64,000 nucleotides of DNA from Crocinitomicaceae bacterium (GCA_016709005.1 JADJEU010000002.1:44941-108940); one strand, 5' to 3'; positions 30,372 through 40,682 are shown, numbered from the stretch's first letter. A program made the numbers and translations. The notes: a model not told the origin generated them from the letters alone.

Positions 30372-30664
30372 GTAAGTACGGAGATCTTATTGCCAATTCA
30401 AAACTAGTGCTGGTTGATTTTTCAGCAGCATGGTGTGGGCCTTGTCAAACACTTGCTCCCATTTTGGATCAGGTTGCAAAAAAAGTTGGATCCAAAGCAA
30501 AAATTGTAAAAATTGATGTGGACAAAAATCAATCCCTTGCCGGAAAATTAAATGTACGTGGAGTTCCAACTTTAATTCTCTATAAAAACGGATCACAGGT
30601 TTGGCGACAATCTGGTGTGGTTCCAGCCAATCAATTAGTGAAGCTGATTGAGCAATATCAATAA
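30368..30664 (+). CDS. trxA: thioredoxin
   Basis: 98 aa with the WCGPC active site and the thioredoxin fold pattern (VDVDKN...RGVPTLILYKNG). Confidence 0.9.
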   Translation: MSKYGDLIANSKLVLVDFSAAWCGPCQTLAPILDQVAKKVGSKAKIVKIDVDKNQSLAGKLNVRGVPTLILYKNGSQVWRQSGVVPANQLVKLIEQYQ

Positions 30665-30750
30665 TTTTTAACTTCTTTAAAATATCTCTCCTTTTGATTC
30701 GTCCATAGGTTTGCGAACAAAGACTCTGTTTTTTTGTTCCTTTGTAACTT

Positions 30751-32487
30751 ATGAGCAAAAAGAAAGTTTCCCTCAAGCAAGTTTTTAAAGACATCATGTG
30801 GCCCCGCAGAAAAATTCTGTTTGGTGGTTTGATTCTCATTCTCATTAGCCGAACTGCCGGTTTTGTGCTACCTATGTCACTTCAGGTTTTGATTGATGAT
30901 GCTGTCAAAAACAGCAATATAGAACTCATGAAATATTTGTTGATTGCGGTGATTATTGCACTTTCTATTCAGGCAATAACTTCATTCTGGCTGACAAAAT
31001 TATTGAGTGTAGAAGCGCAGCATCTTATCTCACAATTACGTGTTCAGGTTCAGAAGAAAATCTTGACTTTGCCCATCAGTTATTTTGACAACAACAAATC
31101 AGGTGCATTGGTTTCACGCATTATGACCGATGTGGAAGGAGTGAGAAATTTAGTTGGAACTGGTTTTGTACAGCTCATTGGTGGATCACTCACTGCCATT
31201 GCAGCGCTGGTTTTATTGATAAAAATAAATTGGATCATGACACTTTCTACGCTGATTCCAATTGCAGTTTTCGCCTATATCGCCATGAGGGCTTTTGGAA
31301 AAATTCGCCCTATTTTTAAAGAACGTGGAAAATTAAATGCAGATGTTACAGGCCGCCTTACTGAAACAATTTCAGGCGTACGTGTCATCAAAGGATTTAA
31401 CGCCGAAGAGCAGGAAAACAAAATTTTTGAACGAGGAGCAGATCAGCTTTTTCAAAATGTAAAAAGCAGTTTGACTGCAACCTCCATGGTTACCAGTCTT
31501 GCTACTTTCCTGTTAGGAGTTGGATCTGTATGTATAATGGGAATAGGCGGTTACCTCATGATGAATGGCGAAATGGAAGCAGGTGAATTTATTTCATTCA
31601 CCGTTTTACTTGGTTTCATGGTTGCGCCAATTGTGCAAATGAGTAATATCGGAAGTCAGATGACTGAAGCTTTTGCTGGTTTAGATCGTACGGCAGAAAT
31701 CATGAATTCATTGCCAGAAAATGATGACAGCGTTCGCACCATCAAATTAGAAAAAATAAAAGGCGATATCAAATTTGACAAAGTCAGTTTTGCTTACGAA
31801 CAAGGGAAAGAAGTTTTACATGAAGTTTCTTTTGACGCTCCTCTTGGATCAGTTACTGCATTGGTTGGAACATCAGGTTCTGGCAAATCAACCATCGCTG
31901 GTTTAGCTGCCACTTTTCTTCAACCACAATCCGGAATGATTACGATTGACGGACAAGATTTATCGAAAGTAAATTTAAGTTCGTACCGCCAATTTTTAGG
32001 CGTTGTTTTGCAAGATGATTTTCTTTTTGAAGGAACGATTCGCGAGAACATAATGTTCCCTCGACCAAACGCAACCGAAGAACAATTACAACATGCAGTG
32101 AAAGCTGCCTACGTGAATGAATTCACAGATCGTTTTGAAGAAGGATTAAATACCGTGATTGGTGAACGCGGCGTAAAACTTTCAGGCGGACAACGTCAGC
32201 GATTGGCGATTGCACGCGCTATTTTAGCTGATCCATCCATCATTATTCTGGACGAAGCTACATCCAGTTTAGATACCGAAAGCGAATCACTCATTCAAAA
32301 AAGTTTAGGTGAATTGATGAAAGGCCGAACTACTTTTGTAATTGCACATAGATTAAGTACCATTCGCCAGGCCAATCAGATTCTGGTTATCGAAGCTGGT
32401 AAAATTGCAGAGCAGGGGACGCATGATGAGTTGATTGCCAAACAAGGAAGGTATTATAATTTGTATACGTATCAGAGCAGGATTTAA
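30751..32487 (+). CDS. ABC exporter, fused permease/ATPase (MsbA-like)
   Basis: Six-TM exporter domain. Walker A GTSGSGKST, signature LSGGQRQR, Walker B IIILDEATS. Confidence 0.9.
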   Translation: MSKKKVSLKQVFKDIMWPRRKILFGGLILILISRTAGFVLPMSLQVLIDDAVKNSNIELMKYLLIAVIIALSIQAITSFWLTKLLSVEAQHLISQLRVQVQKKILTLPISYFDNNKSGALVSRIMTDVEGVRNLVGTGFVQLIGGSLTAIAALVLLIKINWIMTLSTLIPIAVFAYIAMRAFGKIRPIFKERGKLNADVTGRLTETISGVRVIKGFNAEEQENKIFERGADQLFQNVKSSLTATSMVTSLATFLLGVGSVCIMGIGGYLMMNGEMEAGEFISFTVLLGFMVAPIVQMSNIGSQMTEAFAGLDRTAEIMNSLPENDDSVRTIKLEKIKGDIKFDKVSFAYEQGKEVLHEVSFDAPLGSVTALVGTSGSGKSTIAGLAATFLQPQSGMITIDGQDLSKVNLSSYRQFLGVVLQDDFLFEGTIRENIMFPRPNATEEQLQHAVKAAYVNEFTDRFEEGLNTVIGERGVKLSGGQRQRLAIARAILADPSIIILDEATSSLDTESESLIQKSLGELMKGRTTFVIAHRLSTIRQANQILVIEAGKIAEQGTHDELIAKQGRYYNLYTYQSRI

Positions 32488-32500
32488 GTTCTTAATCCCA

Positions 32501-32605
32501 CTTAAATCTTCCCGGGGGGAAGACTTTTTTGGTTTAGGTTTTTGGACCTGATTGATCTCAATTATTATTTTGGAAGCGTAGGGGCGAATTTTCATTCGCC
32601 CCTAC
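32501..32605 (+). repeat. family E repeat, copy 1
   Basis: TAAATCTTCCC...GACTTTTTTGGTTTAGGTTTTTGGACCTGATTGATCTCAATTATTATTTTGGAA aligns with 35920..35998. Ends with a perfect hairpin GTAGGGGCGAAT/ATTCGCCCCTAC (32578..32605). Confidence 0.75.
32507..32530 (+). terminator. rho-independent terminator of the ABC exporter gene
   Basis: TCTTCCC / GGGAAGA stem followed by a T6 run. Forms the 5' part of family E repeat copy 1. Confidence 0.7.
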
Positions 32606-32696
32606 TATTTTTGGTAGATAAATAGTGAAGATTTTTTTGATTATTCGCCCCTTTTAGTTGAATTAAATCGAACTACTTTTTTCAGTTTTTGCAGAA

Positions 32697-34877
32697 CTAA
32701 TAAGTAAGTGTAAGCCCCGCACCAAAACCCATATCGCTGTCGTAATGTGTTGACAAGGAGATATATTTTGTCAGAATATATCTTGCACCGATGCTGTATT
32801 CAAAATCAGAGTTGTAGGTTCCCCATAACCGGATTCTGGGTGAAAGCGGAATGTCGTGTCTGCTGATCTGAAATCGCAAATAGCCGGTGTGATCAATTCT
32901 GAAATCGGCTACCAGAAAGAAGGGCAAGGTGTATTGAATTCCAAAACAGGCTACACCACGATCGTTCTTTGTACTTGTCTGTCCAAAAATATTTTCTTCA
33001 AGTTCAAACGTCTCGCGATATCTAAAATCCCAACCTGCATAAGGGAATAAAAACTGATTCTTTCCAACAAATCTTCCAACATGACTTTCAGATTCAAATC
33101 CTTTTGCTTTTGTGTAACCAACGCGCCATTCGGTATCCATTTTCCAACGCGTATTCATATATGATATTTCGCCGTCACTGCCATTTGACTCTACGCTTAT
33201 TTCGGCGCCCAGATAAAATCGGCGATCATCCGCATAGACCATTTTTATTGCCTTTTTAGGATCTTCAATCTGCGGATTCGGCGGTGTGTTTTCGTACGTA
33301 AATATACGTCCCATGCCTGCCATCATATGGTATAAAATATGGCAGTGAAAATACCAATCGCCGTAACCTTCAGAAGCATTAAACTCAATGGTATCTGTTT
33401 CCATAGGCATGATATCGATTACATTTTTCAAGGGAGCAAAATCGCCCTGACCATTTAAGACACGAAAAAAATGTCCATGTAAATGCATCGGGTGCCGCAT
33501 CATGGAATTGTTGACAATAATCATGCGTATATTTTCACCACCTTTTATCATGATTGAATCACTTTCTGAAATTGTTTTGTTGTTCACCGTCCACACATAC
33601 CGATTCATGTTTCCCGTCAACTCGAATGTGAAAGTTTGGTAAGTTGTATCAGGTAATTTGGTTGATACCGGTGAACGCAGCATCGTGTAATTGAGTGTAA
33701 CAGGTTGCACCGGATTATCAATCACTGTATGATGTTCCTTTTCTTCGCGTTTCGATTTATCACTTCCTGTTATTTCAGGGTACATAACCACATTCATATC
33801 CATCTGCTGTAAGCTCATTTCCATTCCCATATCATCCATGCTGCCATCCAGGTTCATCATGTCGTTCATCATTTTCATTCCCTCAAAATATTTCAAGCGA
33901 CCCATTTCGGGCACCGGTTTTTGAATCCCCTCTCCTAACCAAAATGACGTTGAACCAATCCTATCTTCAGAAGTTGCTGAAAATTCGTACGAAATTCCAT
34001 CTTCCGGAATCGTGACCAATACATCATAACTTTCAGACACACCGACAATCAAGCGATCAACCTGAACAGGTTCAACGTCGGCACCATCTGATGCAACTAC
34101 CGTAATTTTTCCACCTGCATAATTGAGCCAGAAATAAGTTGAAGAACTTCCATTAATCACCCGCAGGCGAACAGTATCACCCGCCACATACTTTTCTGCC
34201 TGTTGCGATTCAACACCATTCACCAAAAATCGTTCATAATACACATCACTCACATCCATTGCATGCATGCGCTTCCACTCGTTCTCCAATTTAGTTCCCA
34301 AATAACCTTCTCCAATTGCTTCACTGTAACTTTGCGTTCCGTTTTTTTTGATCATATACCAATCGGTTGCATAGTGCAAGGATCGTTCAATCTGATCTGG
34401 ATTTTCATCGCTCCAGTCACTGAGCAAAAGCACCTCCTCATTTTTGATCACGTCATTTTTTTTGTGAATGATGAATGCACCATACATTCCCAATTGCTCT
34501 TGCAGCATCGTATGCGAATGATACCAATAGGTACCGCTTTGTTTTAAAACAAATTTATATTGATGCGTAGTATGTGATAAAATAGGAGCTGTTGTCAGAT
34601 AAGGAACCCCGTCTTGCTCATTGGGTAATAATAATCCATGCCAATGAATGGATGTTTCATGATGCATTTTATTGTGAACATAAATTTCAGCCGTGTCACC
34701 TTCTGTAAAAAATAACGTCGGCCCCAACAGTTGTCCGTTGATTGCAATCGCCAATCGCTCCTTACCTGTATAATTCACAAGTGTATCCGTAATGAATAAA
34801 TCATACCTCACTGTTTTTTGGGCACACAGATTTATACTGATTGCAACGCTTAAAAAAAATGTCCAAAAAGTTTTCAT
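32697..34877 (-). CDS. multicopper oxidase (CopA/PcoA-like) with a Met-rich insert and a C-terminal beta-barrel-like extension
   Basis: Copper ligand motifs HWHGLLLP, WYHSH, HPMHLHGHFF and HCHILYHMMAGM. Met-rich segment MKMMNDMMNLDGSMDDMGMEMSLQQMDM. The last ~190 aa have alternating beta-strand character and end ...GAGLTLTY. Confidence 0.9.
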   Translation of the reverse strand: MKTFWTFFLSVAISINLCAQKTVRYDLFITDTLVNYTGKERLAIAINGQLLGPTLFFTEGDTAEIYVHNKMHHETSIHWHGLLLPNEQDGVPYLTTAPILSHTTHQYKFVLKQSGTYWYHSHTMLQEQLGMYGAFIIHKKNDVIKNEEVLLLSDWSDENPDQIERSLHYATDWYMIKKNGTQSYSEAIGEGYLGTKLENEWKRMHAMDVSDVYYERFLVNGVESQQAEKYVAGDTVRLRVINGSSSTYFWLNYAGGKITVVASDGADVEPVQVDRLIVGVSESYDVLVTIPEDGISYEFSATSEDRIGSTSFWLGEGIQKPVPEMGRLKYFEGMKMMNDMMNLDGSMDDMGMEMSLQQMDMNVVMYPEITGSDKSKREEKEHHTVIDNPVQPVTLNYTMLRSPVSTKLPDTTYQTFTFELTGNMNRYVWTVNNKTISESDSIMIKGGENIRMIIVNNSMMRHPMHLHGHFFRVLNGQGDFAPLKNVIDIMPMETDTIEFNASEGYGDWYFHCHILYHMMAGMGRIFTYENTPPNPQIEDPKKAIKMVYADDRRFYLGAEISVESNGSDGEISYMNTRWKMDTEWRVGYTKAKGFESESHVGRFVGKNQFLFPYAGWDFRYRETFELEENIFGQTSTKNDRGVACFGIQYTLPFFLVADFRIDHTGYLRFQISRHDIPLSPRIRLWGTYNSDFEYSIGARYILTKYISLSTHYDSDMGFGAGLTLTY

Positions 34878-34878
34878 A

Positions 34879-35331
34879 CTAGTTTAGAATTTTATCATTT
34901 ACTGTTCCGCAGCTGAGCATTTTATTTCCGTAATACGGATTTTTAACTGTGATTTCATAGCTCAGCCAGTACCATTTTTTCATTGGGCAATAATGCTGAT
35001 AAACTGTTTTTGTCAAATCAGGCGCCATCTCAATCAAGGGCCATAACATTTCAGAAATCAGTGCAAACGAGGTACGCTGTTTTTCTATCTTGAGTGTTGA
35101 AGCGATAGCTTTGGTTGCATCCAGCAACTCGCGCTTTTTTTCGAATTGTGGCGCTGCTTCCAAACGTTGAGCCAAGACTTGGGCATTAGCGGATGTGGCT
35201 TCCGCATCACTTTGTACCAAAGCATCTTTTACAAGCATGTAGCTGTCCAGTACTTCTTGAAAATTTGTTCCTGCCGAAAAGGAAGAAAAATGCGTCAGTG
35301 CAATAGTGATAAATGTGATTGTAGTTTTCAT
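34879..35331 (-). CDS. DUF3347-like periplasmic protein (metal-resistance associated)
   Basis: Signal peptide. N-terminal helix FQEVLDSYMLVKDALV and the context between the MCO and HMA genes fit my recollection of DUF3347. Confidence 0.6.
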   Translation of the reverse strand: MKTTITFITIALTHFSSFSAGTNFQEVLDSYMLVKDALVQSDAEATSANAQVLAQRLEAAPQFEKKRELLDATKAIASTLKIEKQRTSFALISEMLWPLIEMAPDLTKTVYQHYCPMKKWYWLSYEITVKNPYYGNKMLSCGTVNDKILN

Positions 35332-35337
35332 AACCCA

Positions 35338-35781
35338 TTATTTTTTTAGAGGTTCTATTTTAAATCCGGCCCGTTCAACCGTACTCATAATTTCTTGTTC
35401 AGATATTCCGTCCGAATGAACCGTCAATATTTTGTCGGTATTGTGAATGTCCACACCCCAGTGACAAACTCCAGTTGCTTCTGCCAGAAAGGGCTGCACG
35501 CGTGCAACACAGCCGCTGCAATTGATATTGGTTTTGAACTGATAGGTTTTTTCAGAAGGATTTGTATCATCCTGAACGTGTGCGGCGATGACGGTATATC
35601 CTAAATCAACAATTTCCTGCTGCACTTTGTCCAACTGACTCTGATTCTGAAAATCAATTTCAACAATGCCTGATTTTAGTTCAAGATGTTGTGTGTTTCC
35701 AAGTTTTTTGATTCCATCCTCAACCCTTAGCTGACAATGCTGGCTTCTCATTGATGGAACCTGAATGAATGCCTTTTTCAT
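35338..35781 (-). CDS. heavy-metal-associated (HMA) domain protein, two tandem HMA-like folds
   Basis: The second fold carries CSGCVARV (CxxC). The first is degenerate (SQHCQLRV). Confidence 0.7.
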   Translation of the reverse strand: MKKAFIQVPSMRSQHCQLRVEDGIKKLGNTQHLELKSGIVEIDFQNQSQLDKVQQEIVDLGYTVIAAHVQDDTNPSEKTYQFKTNINCSGCVARVQPFLAEATGVCHWGVDIHNTDKILTVHSDGISEQEIMSTVERAGFKIEPLKK

Positions 35782-35919
35782 ATACTTAAATTTTTATACT
35801 ACAAAGTTCAGCCAAACGACCGTCAAATATGTTATACAATTCGTGCAAAGGTTTACAGGATTTTCTTTTGAATCTTACTGAAATAAAAGCCTGGGTGAGG
35901 TTTTGCAGATTTTTTTCCA

Positions 35920-36020
35920 TCTAAATCTTCCCTGAGCGGACGACTTTTTTTGATTTGTTTTTTTGGATGTGATTAATCTCAATTATTACTTTGGAAACTA
36001 AGGGATCCTATCCCCCAATC
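35920..36020 (+). repeat. family E repeat, copy 2
   Basis: TAAATCTTCCCTGAGCGGACGACTTTTTTTGATTTGTTTTTTTGGATGTGATTAATCTCAATTATTACTTTGGAA. Same orientation as copy 1, about 80 percent identity by eye. Confidence 0.75.
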
Positions 36021-36136
36021 AATGAAAATATTCACAAACCCAGAACCGGTTATTGAGCGAACCAGAAATAAACCCTGCATTGCCATAAGATTTTCTTTAT
36101 TCGTATATTTCGTTCTTAACAAATTTTGAGCAAGAC

Positions 36137-36853
36137 ATGGACCAATTTCAAATCAAAGAAAACGGCTTTCGTGAAATCAAAAAAACGATGCTCCTAAAAG
36201 TTATTCCAATTGCTATTATCGCAGCAGCAGTTGGAATTATCATTAGTCAATTCTATTTAAACAGTGCTCAATCTGAGCTGAATATTTTACCCTACATTAT
36301 TCCAATAATCGCATTCGCACTTATCATTGGAATCAACCGTGCACTCAAATTGCAAGAAGAGCTTTTCACGAGTTACAGACTTATTCTAGATACCGGGGAG
36401 ATTATCCGAGAACAAAATAATACACCCACTATTATCATTTCAAAAAACGAGGTAACAGAAATAATTAAAAACTCAAATGGAAGCTTTACGATAAAAGGAA
36501 ATAAAGCAATTGACACTATAGTCGTTCCAGCACAGATAGACAACTACGAGGATCTCGAAAAATCACTCGGTGAAATCAGACCAATAACGAACATAAAGCG
36601 AGAACCTTTTCTTCAAAAATTTCAAATTCTTTTTTCAATTTTGACTATTGCACTAATGGCCGCAGTTTTTATTCTCAAGAACAAAATCATGGTTGGTCTT
36701 TCAGGCACCATTCTACTTTCAATATTGATTTATTCTACTTTCGAGATCAAACGCAACAAAAACGTCGATGATAAAACTAAAAAGTCAGCAGGGTCAGTGG
36801 TGTTAGTTATTGTTGTAATTATTGCTGTCATGTTTTTCAAATTATCGGCGTAA
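36137..36853 (+). CDS. hypothetical membrane protein (238 aa)
   Basis: ORF track. Two N-terminal and two C-terminal TM segments around a soluble middle. No family assigned. Confidence 0.5.
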   Translation: MDQFQIKENGFREIKKTMLLKVIPIAIIAAAVGIIISQFYLNSAQSELNILPYIIPIIAFALIIGINRALKLQEELFTSYRLILDTGEIIREQNNTPTIIISKNEVTEIIKNSNGSFTIKGNKAIDTIVVPAQIDNYEDLEKSLGEIRPITNIKREPFLQKFQILFSILTIALMAAVFILKNKIMVGLSGTILLSILIYSTFEIKRNKNVDDKTKKSAGSVVLVIVVIIAVMFFKLSA

Positions 36854-36899
36854 AGTTAATATGCGGAATAAACCAGTAATGTATCACATAAATAGAATT

Positions 36900-38265
36900 A
36901 GTGGATTAGTGGCTGAATAAGTCTGCCAAAATTCATCACAAAAATCTGTGCCTTTTCTGTGTAATCCTTTAGTTTGTTCTCAACAAGATATTCTTGCTAA
37001 TTTAAACTGAACAAGATTCCGTAAGAATCAGGGCGAGTAAACGTGTTATCAAGGTTTATAGGCCTATTCACAGATTTCTACACCCTGCTTCTTTGGATCT
37101 CAGCTCTAAATAGAAATTATGGTTTGTAGGCCAATTATTAAGGTATTAGAGTGTGGATCCTTAACGGAATCATAAAACTAATGAATATGATTCAAAAGTG
37201 TTTTATTGGAATAGATATTTCCAAGGAAAAAATTGACATCGCTTGTATTGACGAAGATTACAAGCTGATGTTTGAGAAGAAAATCGGTAATGCCGAATTA
37301 AAAATTAAGACTTTCCTGTTGGGTTTTTTGCGAAAGTTAAAGATTGAAAAAACAGAGGTATTAGTTTGTTGTGAGCAAACGGGTATTTATAATCGACCGC
37401 TTGAGAGAGTATGTGTAGAATTGGGTATTACTCTTTGGGTTGAGAGTGCGATTAAAATAAAAAAGGCGACTTCATCACTCAGGGGAAAAAGTGATAAAAT
37501 GGATGCGTTAAGAATTGCGGATTATGCAAAACGATATTCAGACAAGCAGCGAGCACACAAGGAACCAAAAGCCGAAAATCAAAAGTTAAAAAACTTGCTT
37601 AACATCAGAGAAACTATAATTATTGCAATATCCAGATTATCTCAGCAGGTTAATGAGAGCAAAATTTTTGATATTGAAAAATACAAACTACTCAAAGCCA
37701 GTTTTGACAAGCCAATTAAAGCTCTTAAAAAGCAACTTGCAGAGCTTGAAAAGGAAATCAATGACGTGGTTGAATTCAATGCTGAGATGAAAAACAATGC
37801 AGAACTGTTATTAACCATTCCAGGAATCGGCAGGCAAAACGCACTTGCATTTATCGTCTATACTGAAAACTTTAAATTGTTTGCCAACCCAAAACATTTA
37901 GCATGTTATGCCGGTGTTGCACCGTTCCCAAATGAATCCGGAACAGTTATCAAACGGGCAAGAGTATCTAAACTTGCGAATATGAAATTGAAAACGCTAC
38001 TACATATGGCTGCAATGTCGTGCATCAGAGCCAAGGGTGATTTAAAAGAATATTATATCAGAAAAGTAAAAGAAGGCAAAAACAAAATGTTAATATTGAA
38101 CAATGTGAGAAACAAACTTATTGAGACAATGTTTGCTGTGATCAAGAGACAATCTGGATATGTTGAAAATTATTTTGATGTTGATCCTTGCTAATTACCA
38201 TAGAAATCTGTGAGATTATTTTTTTCGCTCACGGATCACACAGATGTTCACAGATAAAAAAATCT
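36900..38265 (+). mobile_element. IS110-family insertion sequence (boundaries approximate)
   Basis: Contains the IS110-type recombinase ORF. Long non-coding 5' arm and very short 3' arm. 13-nt perfect inverted repeat TCACAGATTTCTA (37068..37080) / TAGAAATCTGTGA (38201..38213). No classical terminal IRs are expected for this family, so the ends are not defined. Confidence 0.6.
37187..38194 (+). CDS. IS110-family transposase/recombinase (DEDD RuvC-like N-domain + C-terminal Tnp domain)
   Basis: CFIGIDISKEKIDIA start, ...CEQTGIY..., and the C-terminal LLTIPGIGRQNALAFIV...AGVAPFPNESG... motifs typical of IS110/IS1111 transposases. The start could also be 37181. Confidence 0.9.
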   Translation: MIQKCFIGIDISKEKIDIACIDEDYKLMFEKKIGNAELKIKTFLLGFLRKLKIEKTEVLVCCEQTGIYNRPLERVCVELGITLWVESAIKIKKATSSLRGKSDKMDALRIADYAKRYSDKQRAHKEPKAENQKLKNLLNIRETIIIAISRLSQQVNESKIFDIEKYKLLKASFDKPIKALKKQLAELEKEINDVVEFNAEMKNNAELLLTIPGIGRQNALAFIVYTENFKLFANPKHLACYAGVAPFPNESGTVIKRARVSKLANMKLKTLLHMAAMSCIRAKGDLKEYYIRKVKEGKNKMLILNNVRNKLIETMFAVIKRQSGYVENYFDVDPC

Positions 38266-38270
38266 CTTCC

Positions 38271-40682
38271 CTACTTCCTAAATTTCAACCTCAAACTATT
38301 ACTCACCACCGACACTGAACTCAATGCCATAGCGCCACCGGCAATCATTGGATTTAGTAAGAAACCATTGATTGGATAAAGTACACCAGCGCCAAGGGGA
38401 ATTCCAATGATATTATAAATAAATGCCCAGAATAAATTTTGACGTATGGCCTGAACAGTTTGTTTGGATAATTTAATTGCTGCCGGAATTTTATTTAAGT
38501 CAGATGAAATGATGGTCATTTTTGCAACATCCATTGCAATGTCACTTCCTTTGCCCATGGCGATGCTTACATCTGCTTCTGCAAGTGCGGTGCTGTCGTT
38601 GATGCCGTCACCAACCATCGCTACAATTTTTCCTTGTGACTTTAATTCTTTGATGAACCTTGCTTTTTCGTGTGGTAAAACTCCCGACTTGTAATGTGTG
38701 ATTCCAGTGTTGGATGCGATTGCTTTTGCGGTGGATTCGTTATCACCGGTGAGCATGTACACTTCAATGCCCAGTGCTTTCATTTTTTGAATTGCCTCAA
38801 CAGATGTTTCTTTAATTTTGTCTGCAATGGCGACAACCGCCAACGCGTTTATTGAATCGGCAAACCAAATAACCGTTTTTGCTTCCTGACTTAATTCATC
38901 AGCGTGTTTTTGCAAAGTAGCATCAATTGAAATTTTATTTTCTTCAAGTAGAGATTTTGTTCCAGCAAAAAATGTTTCTCCGCTTATTTCTGCAAGAGCA
39001 CCTTTTCCGGTAATGCTCACAAAATTGGAAACCGGTTGATGTGGAACCTCTTTGAAATGATTTACGATTGCTTCGGCCAAAGGATGTTCTGATTGTCTTT
39101 CTAAATTGACTAAAGCATTTTTGTAGTCATCTTTTTCAGCGCTCCAAAAAATATCTGTGACCACTGGTTTACCTTCCGTGATGGTTCCGGTTTTATCTAA
39201 AACAATGACATCAATTTTTTTTGCAAACTCTAAACTTTCTGCGTCTTTAATCAAAATTCCTTGTTCAGCCCCTTTGCCTACTCCAACCATAATTGCTGTA
39301 GGCGTAGCCAATCCAAGCGCACACGGGCAGGCAATTACCAGTACCGTCACCATTGAAAGTAATCCCTGACTCAAACCATTTTCACCGCCAAAAATAATCC
39401 AGATAACCAGCGTAAGAATTGCAATTGCAAGAACAACCGGAACAAAAACAGATGCAATTTTATCAACCAGTTTTTGCACAGGTGCTTTACTTCCTTGTGC
39501 TTCTTCCACCATTTTTATGATTTGTGAAAGCATGGTTTCGGATCCAACTTTTTCTGCTTTGAATTGAAAACTTCCTTTTTGATTGATCGTTCCTGCAAAA
39601 ACAGAAACACCTTCATTCTTTAATACCGGCAAGGGTTCACCGCTGAGCATGCTTTCATCTACATACGAATTTCCTGCTGAGACAATTCCATCTACTGCGA
39701 TTTTTTCTCCGGGTTTTACAAGAATAAAATCTCCTTTCTTTACTTGCTCAATTGAAATCTGAATTTGTTGATCTCCCTGAATCAGGGTAACTGTTTTAGG
39801 TTGAAGTCCAATTAATTTTTTGATGGCAGAAGAGGTATTTCCTTTTGCTTTTTCTTCCAATAATTTGCCAATCAAAATAAATGCAATAACAACCGCAGCT
39901 GCTTCAAAATAAACATGCGCATGCAATCCGCGATTCATCCAAAACTGTGGATACACCGTATTAAACACACTGAATAAATAAGCCACACCGGTGCTCAATG
40001 CAACCAATGTATCCATGTTGGCAGATTTATGTTTGGCTTGTTTCCAGGCATTGATAAAAAAATCTTTTCCATACCAAATTACCACCGGCGTAGAAAGTAC
40101 CCACATGATGATATTGGCATAGGGCATCTCCATAAAAAACATACCAATAATCATCACCGGAACAGAAAGTAAAACAGCTCCAAGTGTTCTTGACTTTAAG
40201 GCTTTGAAGTTTTTTGCACGGATGTCTTCAATGGTATTTCCTTCTGTTTGTTTTTCTTCAATCATCAAATCATACCCGATGGATTGAATTATTTTTTTCA
40301 TTTCAGGTAAAGAAATCGTGCCGGGAATATATTCTACCATCACAGATGCGCTTGCATAATTCACCACAGCGCTTAACACACCTGACTGCGCATTCAGCAT
40401 GGTTTGAACACTCGACGCACAAGAGGCACATGACATTTGCATAACCGGAATTGTCTTTTTAACGGACGGAACTCCATACCCTATAGCACGAATTTTAGCA
40501 ACTACTTCATTGACTTGATCCTGATTTGCATTCGTCAAAACAGCGCGGTGATTATTTAATTCGACCTTTGAATTTTCTACACCTTTAACTTCCTTCATGG
40601 CCTTAGTCACAATCAAAGCGCAGTGTTCACTTTCAACGCCTTCCAGCGGAATATAGAGGGTGTCTTTTTTTAAATCAGTCAT
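38271..40682 (-). CDS. copA: copper-translocating P1B-type ATPase
   Basis: Two N-terminal HMA domains (the second with [10 protein letters not shown]). CPC motif ([11 protein letters not shown]), DKTGTITEG phosphorylation site, and GDGINDS hinge. Confidence 0.95.
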   Translation of the reverse strand: MTDLKKDTLYIPLEGVESEHCALIVTKAMKEVKGVENSKVELNNHRAVLTNANQDQVNEVVAKIRAIGYGVPSVKKTIPVMQMSCASCASSVQTMLNAQSGVLSAVVNYASASVMVEYIPGTISLPEMKKIIQSIGYDLMIEEKQTEGNTIEDIRAKNFKALKSRTLGAVLLSVPVMIIGMFFMEMPYANIIMWVLSTPVVIWYGKDFFINAWKQAKHKSANMDTLVALSTGVAYLFSVFNTVYPQFWMNRGLHAHVYFEAAAVVIAFILIGKLLEEKAKGNTSSAIKKLIGLQPKTVTLIQGDQQIQISIEQVKKGDFILVKPGEKIAVDGIVSAGNSYVDESMLSGEPLPVLKNEGVSVFAGTINQKGSFQFKAEKVGSETMLSQIIKMVEEAQGSKAPVQKLVDKIASVFVPVVLAIAILTLVIWIIFGGENGLSQGLLSMVTVLVIACPCALGLATPTAIMVGVGKGAEQGILIKDAESLEFAKKIDVIVLDKTGTITEGKPVVTDIFWSAEKDDYKNALVNLERQSEHPLAEAIVNHFKEVPHQPVSNFVSITGKGALAEISGETFFAGTKSLLEENKISIDATLQKHADELSQEAKTVIWFADSINALAVVAIADKIKETSVEAIQKMKALGIEVYMLTGDNESTAKAIASNTGITHYKSGVLPHEKARFIKELKSQGKIVAMVGDGINDSTALAEADVSIAMGKGSDIAMDVAKMTIISSDLNKIPAAIKLSKQTVQAIRQNLFWAFIYNIIGIPLGAGVLYPINGFLLNPMIAGGAMALSSVSVVSNSLRLKFRK

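Noticed and set aside
4302-36020. Integron-like gene cassettes (attC sites) as the explanation for repeat-bracketed genes
   Set aside because: No integron integrase or attI is present in the window. The three repeat families are unrelated to each other and lack the R''-L''/L'-R' attC symmetry. They are better treated as REP/MITE-like intergenic elements until a genome-wide census is done.
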